Positions 34,623 through 49,060 of a DNA stretch of 64,000 nt are shown here, one piece after another. Each line of letters opens with the position of its first letter. Position 1 is the stretch's first letter. The notes below the pieces were generated by a model that was not told where the DNA came from, searched no databases, and saw nothing but the letters and a program-made list of their open reading frames with translations. Source of the DNA: Hemiscyllium ocellatum (lineage: Eukaryota); assembly GCF_020745735.1 (NCBI RefSeq), contig NC_083408.1:64138484-64202483 (forward strand), read 5' to 3'. A program made the translations under genes and the position numbers.

Positions 34623-37179
34623 CGAGCAGCCAGATTGCTGCTCACCCTGAGTTTGCTGGCACACTTGATTTTCCTCCATTTCTATGCACCTTCATAGCAC
34701 CATGGCCACAGTGACCATAGCTGGATCAATTGACCACAGTTCCAATGAACCTGTTGGGGATCAGATTCTTAGTAATGTGAGCAATCGGCATTCTCATCTC
34801 AAGTTGATAATGGTTTAGAAAAGTTCTCAATAAACGGATACATGGAGGACTCTGACAATAAAGGCCATGAATTGCTTGTCCATGAACTTTTGACACAGGG
34901 GCCTCATTACAATATTTGCAACACAAATTATGCCACATACATATAGTGGGAGATTGTAAACACAGCAGAATTACTGAAAACTTGTCCCCACACCCAACAT
35001 CACCTAAGTGAAGAGGTATAGCACATAAAAGCACATGGAAAATACACACAGTTCAAGGAGAGAGGAAATCAGTTCCATGTCCACGTGCAGTCAATGAAGT
35101 CTAGGATTGTCTATATGAATTGTTTCTTAGAGGAAAGATTTTTAAGGTCACCTATGAATGATTCTATTTTAAAGAGATCAATAGAATCAATCTGAAATGA
35201 CCAAATGACGTGGTCAACATGACTTGTTGTCAGGATTTGTATCCACACAAGGTACCGCATGCATTTCACATACAAAGTACAATGATTAGACGTGTCTTCA
35301 ACCTGATTAACTTCCCCCTGAAACGTCTTACACTACTCATGTAGTGCTTATACAGAAAACAATTATTTACCTAGCTTTGGTCACTGCAATTTCCATTTCT
35401 TTTGCACATTTGCAACAAGAATGGAAAATAACACAGGATTCTTTATTGCCCTTTGGGAAGTTAGGGGTGAGCAATGAATGCTAGTCTACTCAGTGACATC
35501 TTCATCCCTTAAATACATAAAACAAAATGAACAATAAATGTTTTCATTAGGCAATTAATGGTATAGAAAATTATTCAGCATTGAAATTCATTTTTTTCAG
35601 CCAAACTTCTATTAACGCTGACGCTGGTTTTGTCAGCTGTTACTCTTTACAAAATTTCAAATAAAGAGTATTGTTCTTCATTTCACATAGAGTCACATCA
35701 CATTTATTAGCACTCTCACTGATTTCTCATTATTTTATTTTATTCTTTTATCAATTTTGGTTTCGAACTATGAACTAAGAACCGTGAGCTGAAAATAACC
35801 TTTCGGCTGTGGAAGCAAATTGCATTTTAAAAAATGAGAAAGCACAAACATTGTTTGTGAGCCCAGACCTGGAAGTTAATTACAGATTAGTTCTCAATCA
35901 AAAGGTTTTACAGACTGTCACTGGTGCAGATCAGTATGTGTAGACAAAAGAAGCCAGCACCTGGGAATTGGTTCCAGCAAGTCTGGGTCAAGCAGAGGGC
36001 AGATATTGAATGGTAACTGGGACTCATGGTAAGACAGTTAGTCTGACAGGGAGAGGCCAGAAATTTTGATCTGGGTTTTTAGATTTAGATTAGGCTTTCT
36101 AAGAGATTTTTGGGTTTTGATACTACAGCATGATGATTTGAAAGCTCCCTACCTAACCTTCCACTGATAGTTCAGGGAATAAAAAATAAGTTATAATATC
36201 ACTGACTACATCATATGAACTAGAAGCAGTATTAATCAATGTCTTGAGAAAATCAAATATGTCTATGGAATAATGCAAATAAAACTGCTTAAATAATTTG
36301 GCCAGTTTTGTTATTTTGTTTTACTTATCCCTTCATTGTGTTTGTCTGTCATTTGTGAGAGTGGGTTGACAACAAAGGTTAAATCATAGACGTCAATTAA
36401 ATTACATTTTTGTTTAATTTTGCTTTGCTAAAGTAATTGTATTGCTAATAAATTGCTAAATCTGTTGTTTAAGCTATAAACCTGGTGTCTCTAATTGATT
36501 GTTTATGGAGTGTAGGATTGGCTATTCAGAACGTCTGTTTAGGAGTCATTGGGACCAATTTTAAGAGTCTTTGAAGGTTTTAATTTTACTGTGTTGTGAA
36601 TACAGAGGTTGAAAAGCCAATTTGGTTCCACTGTTTGTCTCTGTATTGTAACATTTAGCAAAACATTCAATAAAACATCCTTTTACTTTTCAAAGTAACT
36701 TTAAGAAAGGATTTGTTCAGTGTAGCTAGATGTATACTACTACAACAACAAAGCATTACTGGTTCACTAGTACATTAGTGTACTATGTATACTTTTCTAG
36801 TTCCTAGATCTGCTCTACCCCATAAATTGAATTTTTTTATCTATGTTTTCTCTTCACCAAACCCTTCCATATTCCTTATCAGCAAAACCTCAACCTACTC
36901 TTTTGTAGAGAAATGATTAGCAGCTTTTTATGATAGTTATAACCTCTCAGTTTTGGCGTCATTAGAGATAATTTGCACATTCTGCAGCATCTCTAAATCC
37001 TTTTGTATCAATACGGAGACCAAGACTGCTTGCTGTGTTACCAAATGTGGTCTAACCATAACTTCTATTTCTCAATTCTATCCTGTAGAACTGAACTCCA
37101 ATTTTTGATATACTTGTTAATTACTGTCATTGCTACTTTTTGTGATTTGTTTACCTCTGCCCCCTTGATTCTTCCAAAA

Positions 37180-39590
37180 GACCATAAGACATAGGAGTGG
37201 AAGTAAGGCCATTCGGCCCATCGAGTCCACTCCGCCATTCAATCATGGCTGATGGGCATTTCAACTCCACTTACCCACATTCTCCCCATAGCCCTTAATT
37301 CCTTGAGACATCAAGAATCTATCAATCTCTAACTTGAAGATCCTCAGCCATTCCTCATATGTTCGACCAACCATTCCAGGGATCATCCGTGTGAATCTCT
37401 GATGGGCACATTCCAGTGCCAGTATATCCTTCCTGAGGTGTGGGGATCAAAACCGGACACAGTAATCCAAATGGGGCCTAACCAGAGCTTTATAAAGTCT
37501 CAGTAGCACAACGGTGCTTTTATATTCCAACCCTCTTGAAATAAATGACAACATTGCATTCGCTTTCTTAATCATGGACTCAACCTGCATGTTTACCTTT
37601 AGAGAATCCTCAACTAGCACTCCCAGATCCCTTTGTACTTTGGCTTTACTAATTTTCTCACCGTTTAGAAAGTAGTCTATGCTTTTATTCTTTTTGCCAA
37701 AGTGCAAGACCTCGCATTTGCTCACGTTGAATTCCATCAGCCATTTCCTGGACCACTCCCCCAAACTGTCTAGATCCTTCTGCAGCCTCCCCACTTCCTC
37801 AGTACTACCTGCCTGTCCACCTAACTTCGTATCATCTGCAAACTTCGCTAGAATGCCCCCAGTCCCTTCATCCATATCATTAATATATAATGCGAACAGC
37901 TGTGGCCCCAACACTGAACACTGCAGGACACCGCTTGTCACCGTCTGCCATTCCGAAAAAGAACCTTTTATCCCAACTCTCTGCCTTCTGTCAGACAGCC
38001 AATCCTCAATCCATCCCAGTAGCTCACCTCGAACACCATGGGCCCTCATCTAGCTCAGCATCCTCCCGTGTGGCACCTTATCAAAGACCTTTTGGAAGTC
38101 TAGATAGACCACATCCACTGGGTTTCCCTGGTCTAGCCTACTTGTCACCTCTTCAAAGAATTCCAACAGGTTTGTCAGGCATGACCTCCCCTTACTAAAT
38201 CCATGTTGACTTGTTCTAATCAGACTCTGCTCTTCTAAGAATTTAGAAACCTCATCCTTAATGATGGATTCTAGAATTTTACCAACAACCGAGGTTAGGC
38301 TAATTGGTCTATAATTTTCCATCTTTTGTCTTGATCCTTTCTTGAACAAGGGGGTTACAACAGCGATCTTCCAATCATCCGGGACTTTCCCTGACTCCAG
38401 TGACTCTTGATAGATCTCAACCAATGCCTCCACTATTTCCTCAGCCACCTCTCTCAGAACTCTAGGATATATCCCACTGGGGCCAGGAGATTTATCAATT
38501 TTAAGACCTTTTAGCTTTTCTAGCACTATCTCTTTTGTAATGGCAACCATACTCAACTCAGCCCCCTGACTCCCTTTAATTGTTGGGATGTTACTCATAT
38601 CTTCCACTGTGAAAACTGATGCAAAGTATTTGTTAAGTTCTCCTGCTATTTCCTTATCTCCCATCACTAGGCTTCCAGCATCAGTTTGAAGTGGCCCAAT
38701 GTCTACTTTTGCCTGTCGTTTGTTTCTTATGTATTGAAAGAAACTTTTACTATCATTTCTAATATTACTGGCTAGCCTACCTTCATATTTGATCCTCTCC
38801 TTCCTTATTATTCTCTTTGTTATCCTCTGTTTGTTTTTGTAGCCTTCCCAATCTTCTGATTTCCCACTGCTCTTGGCCATTTTATAGGATCTCTCTTTTT
38901 CTTTAATACATTTCCTGACTTCCTTTGTCAGCCATGGTTGTCTAATCCCTCCCCGGATAATCTTTCTTTTCTTGGGGATGAACCTCTGTACAGTGTCCTC
39001 AATTATACCCACAAACTCTGCCATTTTTGCTCTACTGTCTTCCCCGCTAGGTCTGCTTCCAGTCTATTTTTGTCAGTTCTTCTCTCATGCCCTCATAATT
39101 ATCTTTATTTAACTGTAACACCATTACATCCGATTTTGCCTTCTCTCTTTCAAACTCCAGACTGAACTCTACCATATTATGATCGCTGCTTCCTAAGATT
39201 TCCCTTAGTTTAAGATCTTTTATAAAGTCTGGTTCATTGCAAAGCACTAGGTCCAGAATAGCCTGCTCCCTTGTGTGCTCCATGACAAGCTGTTCCAAAA
39301 AGCCATCCTGTAAGCATTCCATGAATTCCCTTTCTTTGGATCCACCGGCAACATTATTTACCCAGTCCACCTGCATGTTGAAGTCTCCCATGATCACTGT
39401 GACCTTGCCTTTCTGATATGCCTTCTCTATTTCCCGGTACATGTTGCGTCCCTGGTCCTGACCACTGTTAGGAGGTCTATACACAACTCCAATTATGTTT
39501 ATTTTTTACTTTTTGGTTTCTCAATTCCACCCACACAAACTCCACATCATCTGACACTATGTCATTCAGTGCCATAGATTTAATTTTGTT
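37180..39590 (-). mobile_element. CR1 LINE with APE endonuclease and RT domains, internally deleted
   Basis: ORFs 39047-39484 (YRPP, MGDFN, LDLVL, SDHN), 38050-39024 (NYRPISLTS, YLDFQKVFDKVPH) and 37447-38049 (FADDTK); the last two are separated only by an in-frame stop. Confidence 0.95.
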
Positions 39591-42500
39591 CCGCTACTGT
39601 ATTCCACTTTAATGTTCATTTTCCAAAGTCTAAAGTCACAGCTTTCGGCAAAAATATTAACTCATATCTTGATTTAAACACTAAAAGGCTAATGCAGTTG
39701 ATAGATTTAGTTTTTTTTTAGATTTAATTAGTTTAAGAAATATTTTGCGTGCAATTTAGAAATGGATGTAAAAAGCTTCTTGAACAATTATTAAGTGATG
39801 ACAGTCGGAATTTGCAAACATTTTCTTGTCACTTCAAAAAATGTGTTCAGCATTGAAAATTCTCATTACACTGCCACCTACAGAAGTAACTAATATATTT
39901 TCAATGAAGCATCGGCTCGACGTACAAAACTTAAGAGACATTGCCTGGAATCGGTAGTCATCAGCAAAGCAATAGCATTTACTTTTGGCTTTGAAGTAAA
40001 ATGTCACAGAGATCAAACAATTTCTTTGGTGAGAATTTCAGCCTTATCACCATGCAGATCAGTGACCTTCACTGGGACATTTCCAGAATGGAGCAATATC
40101 ATGAGACTGTCCAAGCAGCAAATAACATTAAAGGGATTTTCTGAAATACTCAGCCTGGCAACAAAATGAAATTGTTTCATTTAAAAAGAAAAAAGTGAAA
40201 ACAATCTAAAATTTCAAACATACACATCAGATAAGGTAGACATTAAAATGCTTCGACTTCTTTTTCTCAACTTAAACTTTATTTTTAAAAATCTAATCAT
40301 CACTTAACATTCTCCACCATTACAAAACAAATCAGACAAATTCTGTAGTTTATCAAATTTTATTTTTCACATCCTATCACAAACTATTGAATAGGTCATA
40401 ACTTATTACTGGGTTTCTATCAGTGACATGGGAGGGAAAAAGCAGAAATTCTCATTGATTTCAGGAATTATTTGCTCCTTTAAAGGAGATGCAATGCCCC
40501 TGTCTCAGAGCACAGACTGACAGACCATTACTTTAGCACCTCAGTTCTGAAGGTTGGTCATATTGGACTCAAAACATCTGTTCTGTTTGTCTCTTCACAC
40601 AGATGTTGATAGACCTGCTGAGTTTCTCCGTCTATCCTTATTTAGAATATCAGCATGTGCCTAATATCATGAATTTGTGATTGTTTTCAAAATAGTAATA
40701 TCTACTTCTGCTACCTTGCCATCCATACCTTGCCCACTGTTCAGAATATTGTCAACAATAGTAGTATTACACTACTACTGAAATTAAAACAAAGATAATA
40801 TTCACCTGTAATGTTTGCTCTGTGATAGCCACCATTTTAGGAAATTAAGAAGCCCTACCTAAAATCTAGCAAGCAAATTACTGCAATCACCCAAGAGGGA
40901 ACACTATGATTTCCTTCTTCTGTTGGGACAGTATAGAACATTTATGGTTTCCACACCTTGTCAGTAATTACTATTACATTATTCCAAAACTAAAAACCTA
41001 ATTGAACAATTTATTAAAAAGGACTAACACCATTAGAAATAAAGACTTAAAGTAATTATTAAAATAAGCAAAAGTGATACAAGGAAAATCTTTCACCTAA
41101 TAAGTGGTTCTGATCTGGAATACAGAGAGTGTGTGGTGGATATAATTTAAATTGAGGCTTCAAAAGTGAATTAAACAGTTAACAGAGAAGGAAGAATGAG
41201 CAGGATTACAGGGTGAAGGCAGCCAAGTGTCACTATGTGAGTTGCTCATTCAAAGAACCAATTCAGGTACTAAGAACCGTACATCCATGCTGAAAACAAA
41301 TCTGTGATTAACAATTGTATTTAATTTTTCTTTCTCACCCAACTCAATGTATGTGAAACATTTCACTTTTCATTGAGATTAAATACATAAATCTAAATTA
41401 ATATATATTCAGTCAAAATTGAAGATGACATTGTAATATAAAATCAGGATAGAGTCAATGGACCCTCTAAGTTCTGGGGCTGCCCAACAACCTGAAAAAT
41501 CCCTATACAGGTTACTCACTAATTTGCTTCTTATAATTGCAGGGCGATATACAAATAAACATTGAAAAGTCAAGCATACCAAAAAATCAGGACAGTATGT
41601 TAACTAAGACTGTGCAAGATGTCAAAAATGAAGATCAGAACAGACTTTTCCTTCATTGTAAATATCACATTTTTATTTTCTTTAGTTTGCATTGTGGCAT
41701 AAATTGGGAAAAGGATTTTGCTGTAAGGTCTGTGGAAGCAGTTGCTGTATTTGGAAGAACTGACATAGTGAATTGTGGGTCCACTATTGCTTTGTTCTAG
41801 TAGTGTGGAAGATGTCCAAGATGCTTTCGTGGGTGAATACAGAATAAACTTCACTCAGACAGACAGATTGCTAATTGTCCAAAATGGGACTGGTTGTAGG
41901 GGCCAGGAGTCATCAGAGAATGTTACTGGTGGAGAAACTTCCATGGTGCATCTGAGACAGGTCTCTGTCTCTCCCACTACAGTGAAGTAACCAAAACCTG
42001 GAAGATTGCTACCTATGTTTTTCCCCACTAGCTACTGTGAGTTCTTGCCTCTAATCATTGACTGAAAATTAGCGTGTTCGTTACACTTTGTCTCCAGTAA
42101 TGAACTGAAAGAATGTGAAGAATAAACTTGGAGATCAGAAGGACTTGGGAAGTAAAACAGACTTCTCATTGCATCCTATGGACTGGTGCTACTGAATTGT
42201 GTTTCCCGATTATTTTCATTGACTATGAATGTCATATTTGTTAGTGTAGGGATTAAACGTGAAGAGCTTAGAGTTTCAGTTGGTAAAGTTATATGCTGAC
42301 AATTTGTACTTTTGTTTGCCTGTGGTTAGTATTGATTTCTTTGCAATAAATAGTCATTTCTTGTTATTTACAGAAACTTGAGATTCACTTGAGTTAATCA
42401 GAGGTATTGGAGGATTTGACTAATTTAATAAAATCATTCACATTTTTGATGATTCCAAGAGTAATGGGACTCAAGCATTAGCACACCTTCCCAAGTATCA

Positions 42501-44529
42501 CATAGAAGAGGGCACTCAGCTTGTCATACCTGTGCCAGCTATTGAACTCAATCACTGCAACTCTCCTGCCTTCTTGAATTTGTTTCTGAAAATACCTATA
42601 TTTCTCATACCAAGATTGTGTTTTTTTTCTCTGTTCTGGATCTGTACTCTATAAGCTTGAAATGCTAAATACAGGACTAAGAAGACATTTCCCCACACAT
42701 ACCAAATGTTTGGAAAGTTGTGATTGCTTCATAGTTGAATATATTGAGGACCAAAATAAAAAGATGTTTAGCCTCTCAGTTAATGAAGGAATATGGGAGG
42801 AGGTGGGACAGTGAAGTGGAGCAGAGTACATGACTTTATTGAATGGCGGAGCAGGATCCCCTGTTATGATCCACACCAGCTCCTCGTTCGTATAATCAAC
42901 ACCTGTATGTAGTCATTACAAGCACTAAATTACATCTGTGATCACACTCCACCTTCTCCCTCATGACAATGTAAATGGTTAATTCCAAACAAAGCCAATA
43001 TACAGTATTTCATCCATAAAAATGTATAACTGAAGAATTCGAAGGTTGTAACTCGTTTTGGAATCCACAACATTGAACAGGTTTATCATATTTCCTCTAA
43101 CCGTTACTTAGGTATGTAGTCATTTGGACGAGATTTTAAACTACTGAAGTGCGTCTACTATTGAATTTACGTGCTCCTCTCAGTCTCACTAAACAAAGAG
43201 GCACATCTTTACATCATTAACGTTTCCGGTCTTCATTTGTCCACTAATATGCAAAATCGAAACCCGCCCTTACCTTGCAGGAAACTCGACCATTGTTTTC
43301 TTTTAAGACACTGCCTCAGAGTTTACCAGAGAATCAGCAAATGTTACTCTACATCATGAAGGTCACTGAATTCTCCCATAACGCTCATCACCTTCGTGAA
43401 CTAAGGGGCCAGATCTTTTGCTTTGAGCACACGCAAGCGACAGCAGACGGTAGAGAGTCGGGCTATTGATTGTACATTGGAAACTGTCACATCAGTAGCT
43501 TTACAGCACTGGGAAGGAATCGCAGATTGTTAGCAACCCATGTAATCGTGGGTTTCGGTGCTTACACTGTTACTGAGCCTTTACTAGTTAGCCTTGCCTA
43601 TAGCTGGAAAACGTGGATCCACGTTTGATGTTTGATACAAAGGCTGTGTTTCTGTGATTCCAATTGTTCAGCCTGCAGCCCTCCCCCTCCTGCTCTGTAC
43701 GTGGGGAGACGGATCAAACCTCTACACTCACACCAGCCTTCTTTCCCCAGGACAAAGTGCGCAATGGTCAAACATTTCAGTGCCTGAACGGCGGCAGCGA
43801 GGTCTCCCCAGTTACCACAAAATCCATGACAGAGGGGGAAGGAAAAGCAAAGTATCATCAAATGCATCCTGGTGCAGTTTGCAGTTTCATTGTAGGTGGG
43901 TGTTATCTGCGTCATGGCCATGGTCATGTGATTCTTCCATCATGTGACTCCTCTGTTTTTGGTCTCTGGGCAGGGGATTAGATTGCAGGTTCGTGGAGCT
44001 CCAGCTACTTATGTAAGTTGCTTTGTTATTTTGTATCATGCTTCATTCATTCACGTGTGCTCTACCCAAAGACAGGTCCTTGGCTCGTGATCTGCTGAAG
44101 CTTCATCCTGAACTGTTTTCTTGGCTGTTACTGTCAGTGGTGGTTTTCCATTGCCTTCCACTTGGGCTGGGTGAGGAGATAGGTCCCAAGTCTACCTCAT
44201 GTCAGAACAGGAATTGAACCAATGCTGTTTGTGTTATTCCCAATACCATATAGTGCTTAAGAAATTGCATTACTCTTTCTCATACCAGAGGTATACAGCT
44301 ACTGTTTAATGATGTGTTGACACACTAGTGGGAAGGTATGCACAGAAATTCTGCACATGATATGGATATTGGCGAGAAGGTTTCACTGCTCGAGTCTCTT
44401 CAAGCTGAGCTAGAACCAGATGTACGAATTGATCCATCTGCCATTGGCTCTGCTATTGACCTTTGTGTATCACGGTTAGGACAGAGCCAGTGATGAAGCG
44501 TCCATTTCCCGGATGTGTCGTTCTGCCCA

Positions 44530-45837
44530 ATGGATCTTTCAACCAAGCTTCCCCGCTTCAACAATCTCACAGAGACCAACAGCACAGACACTTCCAACAC
44601 TGTGACCACCATCATCGCCAACCAAACCAGGGTCACTCCACAAGATTGGGCCAGAGACCAGCCTGACACCAACTCCCTTCTCCATGGCATGGCCTTAGCT
44701 TGCAAAGCTCTCATCCTCCTACTCATCTTCCTGCTCTCCTGTCTGGGCAATTCAGCTGTCATAGTGATGATCGTCAAACACCGGCAGCTCAGGACAGTGA
44801 CCAATGCCTTTATCATGTCTCTATCCCTGTCTGACCTTCTCACTGCCCTGCTCTGTGTGCCCTTCTCCTTCATCATGCTGTTCACCCAGGAAGGGGTCTG
44901 GATCTTCGGTGACCGGTTCTGCATTGCTAATGGCTTCTTCAACTCCTGCTTTGGGATAATCTCCACCCTCACCATGACGCTCATCTCCTTTGATCGTTAC
45001 TATGCCATTGTCAGGCAACCCCAGGAGAAGATTGGGCGACGTAGGGCCACCCAATTACTAGTTGCCGTCTGGTTGATTGCAGTCCTTTTCTCTTTCCCCT
45101 GGTATCTCATGACACAAGCCAATGGTCCACTGGTTGTCCACAAGAAGGGGTTCTACCACTGCATGTACATCTTCCACTCAGGCAACTCCCGGATGGGCAC
45201 CAGTTACAGCATCACCCTCATTGTCATCTGCTATCTTCTGCCCTTCTCTCTGATGTGTTTCTGCCACTACAACATCTGTAAAACGGTCAGGCTGTCAGAG
45301 ATCCGGGTCCGCCCAGTCACCACTTACGCCCACCTACTGCGCTTCTACAGTGAGATGAGGACAGCTACAACTGTATTGATCATGATTGTTTTCATCATCT
45401 GTTGCTGGGGCCCCTATTGTATCATGGGCATCATCACTGCCACGGGCAACTTCCATTTCACCCCCATCATGGATACTGTAGCAATTTTGCTAGCATGGGC
45501 CAATGGAGCTCTCAATCCACTTATCTATGCTACCAGGAACCCCAATATCTCCATTCTCTTGGGCAGAAATAGAGAAGATGGCTACAGGACTAGAAACATA
45601 GCTGCATACCTGTCCAGTCAGAGCCATGAGGCCAGGAGTAGGGTGGACAGAATTAGGGATCAGTATGTCAGTCGACAAGGGTCTGGCAGCAGGATGTCTT
45701 CCTCCAGCCCTGCAAATGGAGATGTTGCAATGTGGGCATGTAGAAACCCAGCTGTGCTCTTCTGCAGAGATGGACAACCAGATACTGTGTCTGAGCCTGC
45801 CGTACCCAAATCAGAGACTGCAAATACAAGCCTTTAG
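44530..45837 (+). CDS. GPR135: Orphan class A GPCR GPR135, single coding exon (~435 aa)
   Basis: 7TM ORF with GNSAV, LSLSDL, FDRYY, CWGPY and NPLIY motifs, plus the GPR135-typical [29 protein letters not shown] and DVAMWA segments and C-terminal NTSL. First in-frame ATG is at 44530 (the ORF track starts at a GTG at 44515). Syntenic with L3HYPDH. Confidence 0.93.
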   Translation: MDLSTKLPRFNNLTETNSTDTSNTVTTIIANQTRVTPQDWARDQPDTNSLLHGMALACKALILLLIFLLSCLGNSAVIVMIVKHRQLRTVTNAFIMSLSLSDLLTALLCVPFSFIMLFTQEGVWIFGDRFCIANGFFNSCFGIISTLTMTLISFDRYYAIVRQPQEKIGRRRATQLLVAVWLIAVLFSFPWYLMTQANGPLVVHKKGFYHCMYIFHSGNSRMGTSYSITLIVICYLLPFSLMCFCHYNICKTVRLSEIRVRPVTTYAHLLRFYSEMRTATTVLIMIVFIICCWGPYCIMGIITATGNFHFTPIMDTVAILLAWANGALNPLIYATRNPNISILLGRNREDGYRTRNIAAYLSSQSHEARSRVDRIRDQYVSRQGSGSRMSSSSPANGDVAMWACRNPAVLFCRDGQPDTVSEPAVPKSETANTSL

Positions 45838-46404
45838 ACAAATTTTTAAATTATTCAATGGAGTTATATTTATAAACAGAGGGGCTTTAAATTCAAAGTC
45901 TTTCTTGAAAGTGCAGAAATTTGTAGCAGTTTCTGAAAGAAAACTAGTATATGACGTAGTTATATTAAAATAAAGTCTAATTTGGATTTGAGATGGTATA
46001 ATCCTAAATTAACAATTAGGAAGTAAAAATTCAATTCCGAACAAAATAGTTTGAAGCACTAATAGGAACTCTTGGAAATCTGTCATACACAATACAATAA
46101 TGAGATGTAATTTCAGACATGTAGCAGATGTTCTGAAATGTTGAGTGCAACGAGATTGCATCTTAGACAAAATGATAATGAAATAACTAATGCTTGAAAA
46201 TTTCAAATCAGTTCAGAAGGCAACTACATTATTTTCAGTTGTTACATAATGTGTGTCTTTTTAATATTTTAAAGACCATTTGATTGAGTCTTTAGCATAC
46301 GGTAATCAGAATTGTCCCTGTTTCACGGTCGTATCATGAATCTGAGGCATATAGCCTGCAAAATCCCAGCTTTGATTTTTAATTCGTACCCAATCTTTAA
46401 AAAA

Positions 46405-46720
46405 CAATTTGCATTTGTATAATACCTTAGGACACCCCAAAACAATTTACAAACCCAATGAAATAATTTAGACGTAAAGTCATTGTTGTATGGTAGAGAA
46501 AAGCAACAACCAATTTTACAAGACAAGATCTGACAAACAGTAGAGTGATACATGAACAAATAACTTTGACAGTGTTAACTTGTTAATATGCTAATATGTT
46601 GTTCTGGACATCTGACAAAATCTCCTTCAAAATGGTGCTAAAAGGATCTTTCATATTCACCTGAAGGGCCTCAGTTTATTCTGATCTAAAATGTTGACTG
46701 TCCAGCACTACATTTAACAC
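46405..46720 (-). mobile_element. Ancient Deu-domain SINE (SacSINE1/AmnSINE-like) downstream of the GPR135 stop
   Basis: Minus strand CTGTTTGTCAGATCTTGTCTTGTAAAATTGGTTGTTGC...ACAACAATGACT...TTCATTGG...GTAAA...ATACAAATGCAA resembles the DeuSINE central domain and tail; similar to 50675-51090. Confidence 0.5.
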
Positions 46721-48009
46721 TATGGTGTAAGTTTACCGAATGTGTTTTGATCTTTTCTGAAACAATGGGTTTTCTATGAATGGCCTCAGCAACACTTGAA
46801 GGAAAGTGATCAAATATAAATTTTGCTGTTAAATGTCATGACTGTGTTGGTTAGATGGAGACAGAATCATAGTTGTGATGATTTACACCTCCACCTTCAG
46901 CCCTTCATCCCCACACAACTGTCGCCAGCATTTACTATTGAAATTCACAAATGATCCCTTGGGTTAGGTTTCAGAGGATGATTATCACAATGGAACCATG
47001 AAACCAACTCCTTGGGAGAAGAGGGAAGAAATTTGGTCAGAATGTCGAAGTAGCGAGCAAGTGATTAAAAACACACAAGAGTCAGTTAACACTATATGAT
47101 GCAAGGCTCAAATATTTCTGCCATTACTTTGACAATGTTAGTAGGTGTACCTTCTGTAGTTACTAATTATGCGTCAAAACCAAATAAGTGCCCAAAGTGC
47201 CAAAACAGTGATTGAAATTTTGTTTTAAACAAATCAATGGGTCTGTTTGGCATACATCAATTGAAAACAAAATCATGTTGTTTGAGCCTTATTTACTAGC
47301 AGTCGACTGGGAAAGTTGGTGCCTATTTAATTAACCAAAAAATTCTCCAGGAGTAATGTCAGAGATATCATTGTAAATGTGTTACATTTTAGAACAATAA
47401 TTTTTTAAAAAGTGAATACACAAAAGCTTATTTATGAAGCAAGTATCTTAGAGTGTATTGTTTTCAAATTCTAAAATGTTCTGGTGGCCTCATGCTTATT
47501 GGTATTAAGTTGTAAATACAGTATTGATGCTTTACACTGTGATACATTTCCATTCCTCAATTTCCTTTTGAAGACAATAGTAAAAGGGAGGCAAACATTT
47601 CCCTGTGTTGTGTTTTAAAGCTTAAGATAAATGTTATCTTCATAATTTGCTAATGCTTGTGAAAAAATATTTTGTAAGCAAATCAGAAGCAACTTCTCGT
47701 ATTTAAATATTGCTTTATATTCTAAGGAAGTGTAAGTTTGATGCCCCAGATTGCTGAATGTTACTGTATTACATGAAACCAAGGAACAGAAATTGTATGT
47801 ATGCCAGTACATGTTTTCAATCATTAAAGCTTAATTTTAAAAATATTTATTGTTCAATCAGCATTGTCAATTTATCTCATCAGGCAAGGTTATCAAATAG
47901 AAATATTCAGCGTAATACACTTGAATAAAATATATATTTTAAACAAATCAGCAATTCACAATTATTAGATGGAGCTATGACAATAGATGTTTCCTTGCTT
48001 ATTTAAAAA

Positions 48010-49060
48010 TAGAGTGATACATGTTTCACTGGCAAGACACTGCCATTTGTTTTCCATCCCTCACTGTCCACGTGGTGGTTTTGATGATCTTTCTTCTTGA
48101 AATATTGCAGTCCAACTCATGTAGGTACATTCACTGTGCTATGAAGAAGATACTTCTAGATTTCAACCCAATAACAGTGAAGGGAATGAAGTCAGTATGG
48201 TGGTGACTTGGAGGGAGAACCTGCAGTTATTGGTATTCCTATGCATCTGCTGCCCTTGTCCTTCCTTGTGGCAAAGATCACAGCTTTAGAAAGTGCTATT
48301 GAAGGGTTGGTGAGTTGCTGCAGTGCATCTTGTATACAGTGCACGCTGCTGTCACTGTGTCACTGGTGAAAGGAGTGCTATACACCTCAGTACTTTGTAC
48401 TGATGGTATTTAGATTATTGAGTGCTTTGGAGCTGTACCCGCCCAGACAAATGGAAGTATTCAATTACACTCCTGACTTGTGCTTTGTAGGTGGTGAGTG
48501 GGCTCTTGGTATTTAAGTTTGTTACTTGCTGCAGAATTCCCAGTTTCTGACCTGCTTTTCTAGTCACTATTTATTTGGCTTGTCCAGCTTGAACCCAGGA
48601 TGTTGATCTTAAGAGATTCAGCTATGGTAATGTTGTTGAATGTTAAGGATAGATAGTTAGCATCTCTGTTGTTGGAGATAGTAGGTGCCAAGTAGATGTG
48701 TAGTGCAAATGTTATTTCCTGTTTAATCAATCCAAGCCTGAAAATGATCTAGGCCTTACTGAATTAGCCTTTGTGTGTACACTCCATCAAAGGAGTCTCA
48801 AATTGTTTTTGAATACCAAACATCATCAGTGAACAACCCTAACTTTTACCTTATTGATGGAGGGAACTTCATTGAAGAAGCAGCTGGAAATAGTTGGGCT
48901 GAGGCTTCTTCCCTGAGGAGTTCCTGCAGAGATGCTCTGGAGACAAGATGATCACCCTTAGATAACCACAATTAACTTCCTTTATATTAAGTATGGCTCC
49001 AACTGTGAAGATTTTCCCACCGCTACCCATTGATTTCAGTTTTGTTAGGGCTTCTTGAAG
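48010..49060 (-). mobile_element. Old CR1-clade LINE fragment
   Basis: Colinear similarity to 52200-53200 (e.g. ACACTCCTGACTTGTGC, GATGGAGGGAA.TCATT). Confidence 0.6.

Noticed and set aside
35638-36653. Possible solo LTR (TGTTAC...GTAACA with an internal AATAAA)
   Set aside because: No target-site duplication and no second copy or internal domain in the window; cannot be supported without a repeat library.
44400-44984. 194-aa minus-strand ORF
   Set aside because: Antisense to the GPR135 coding sequence, with no recognisable domain.
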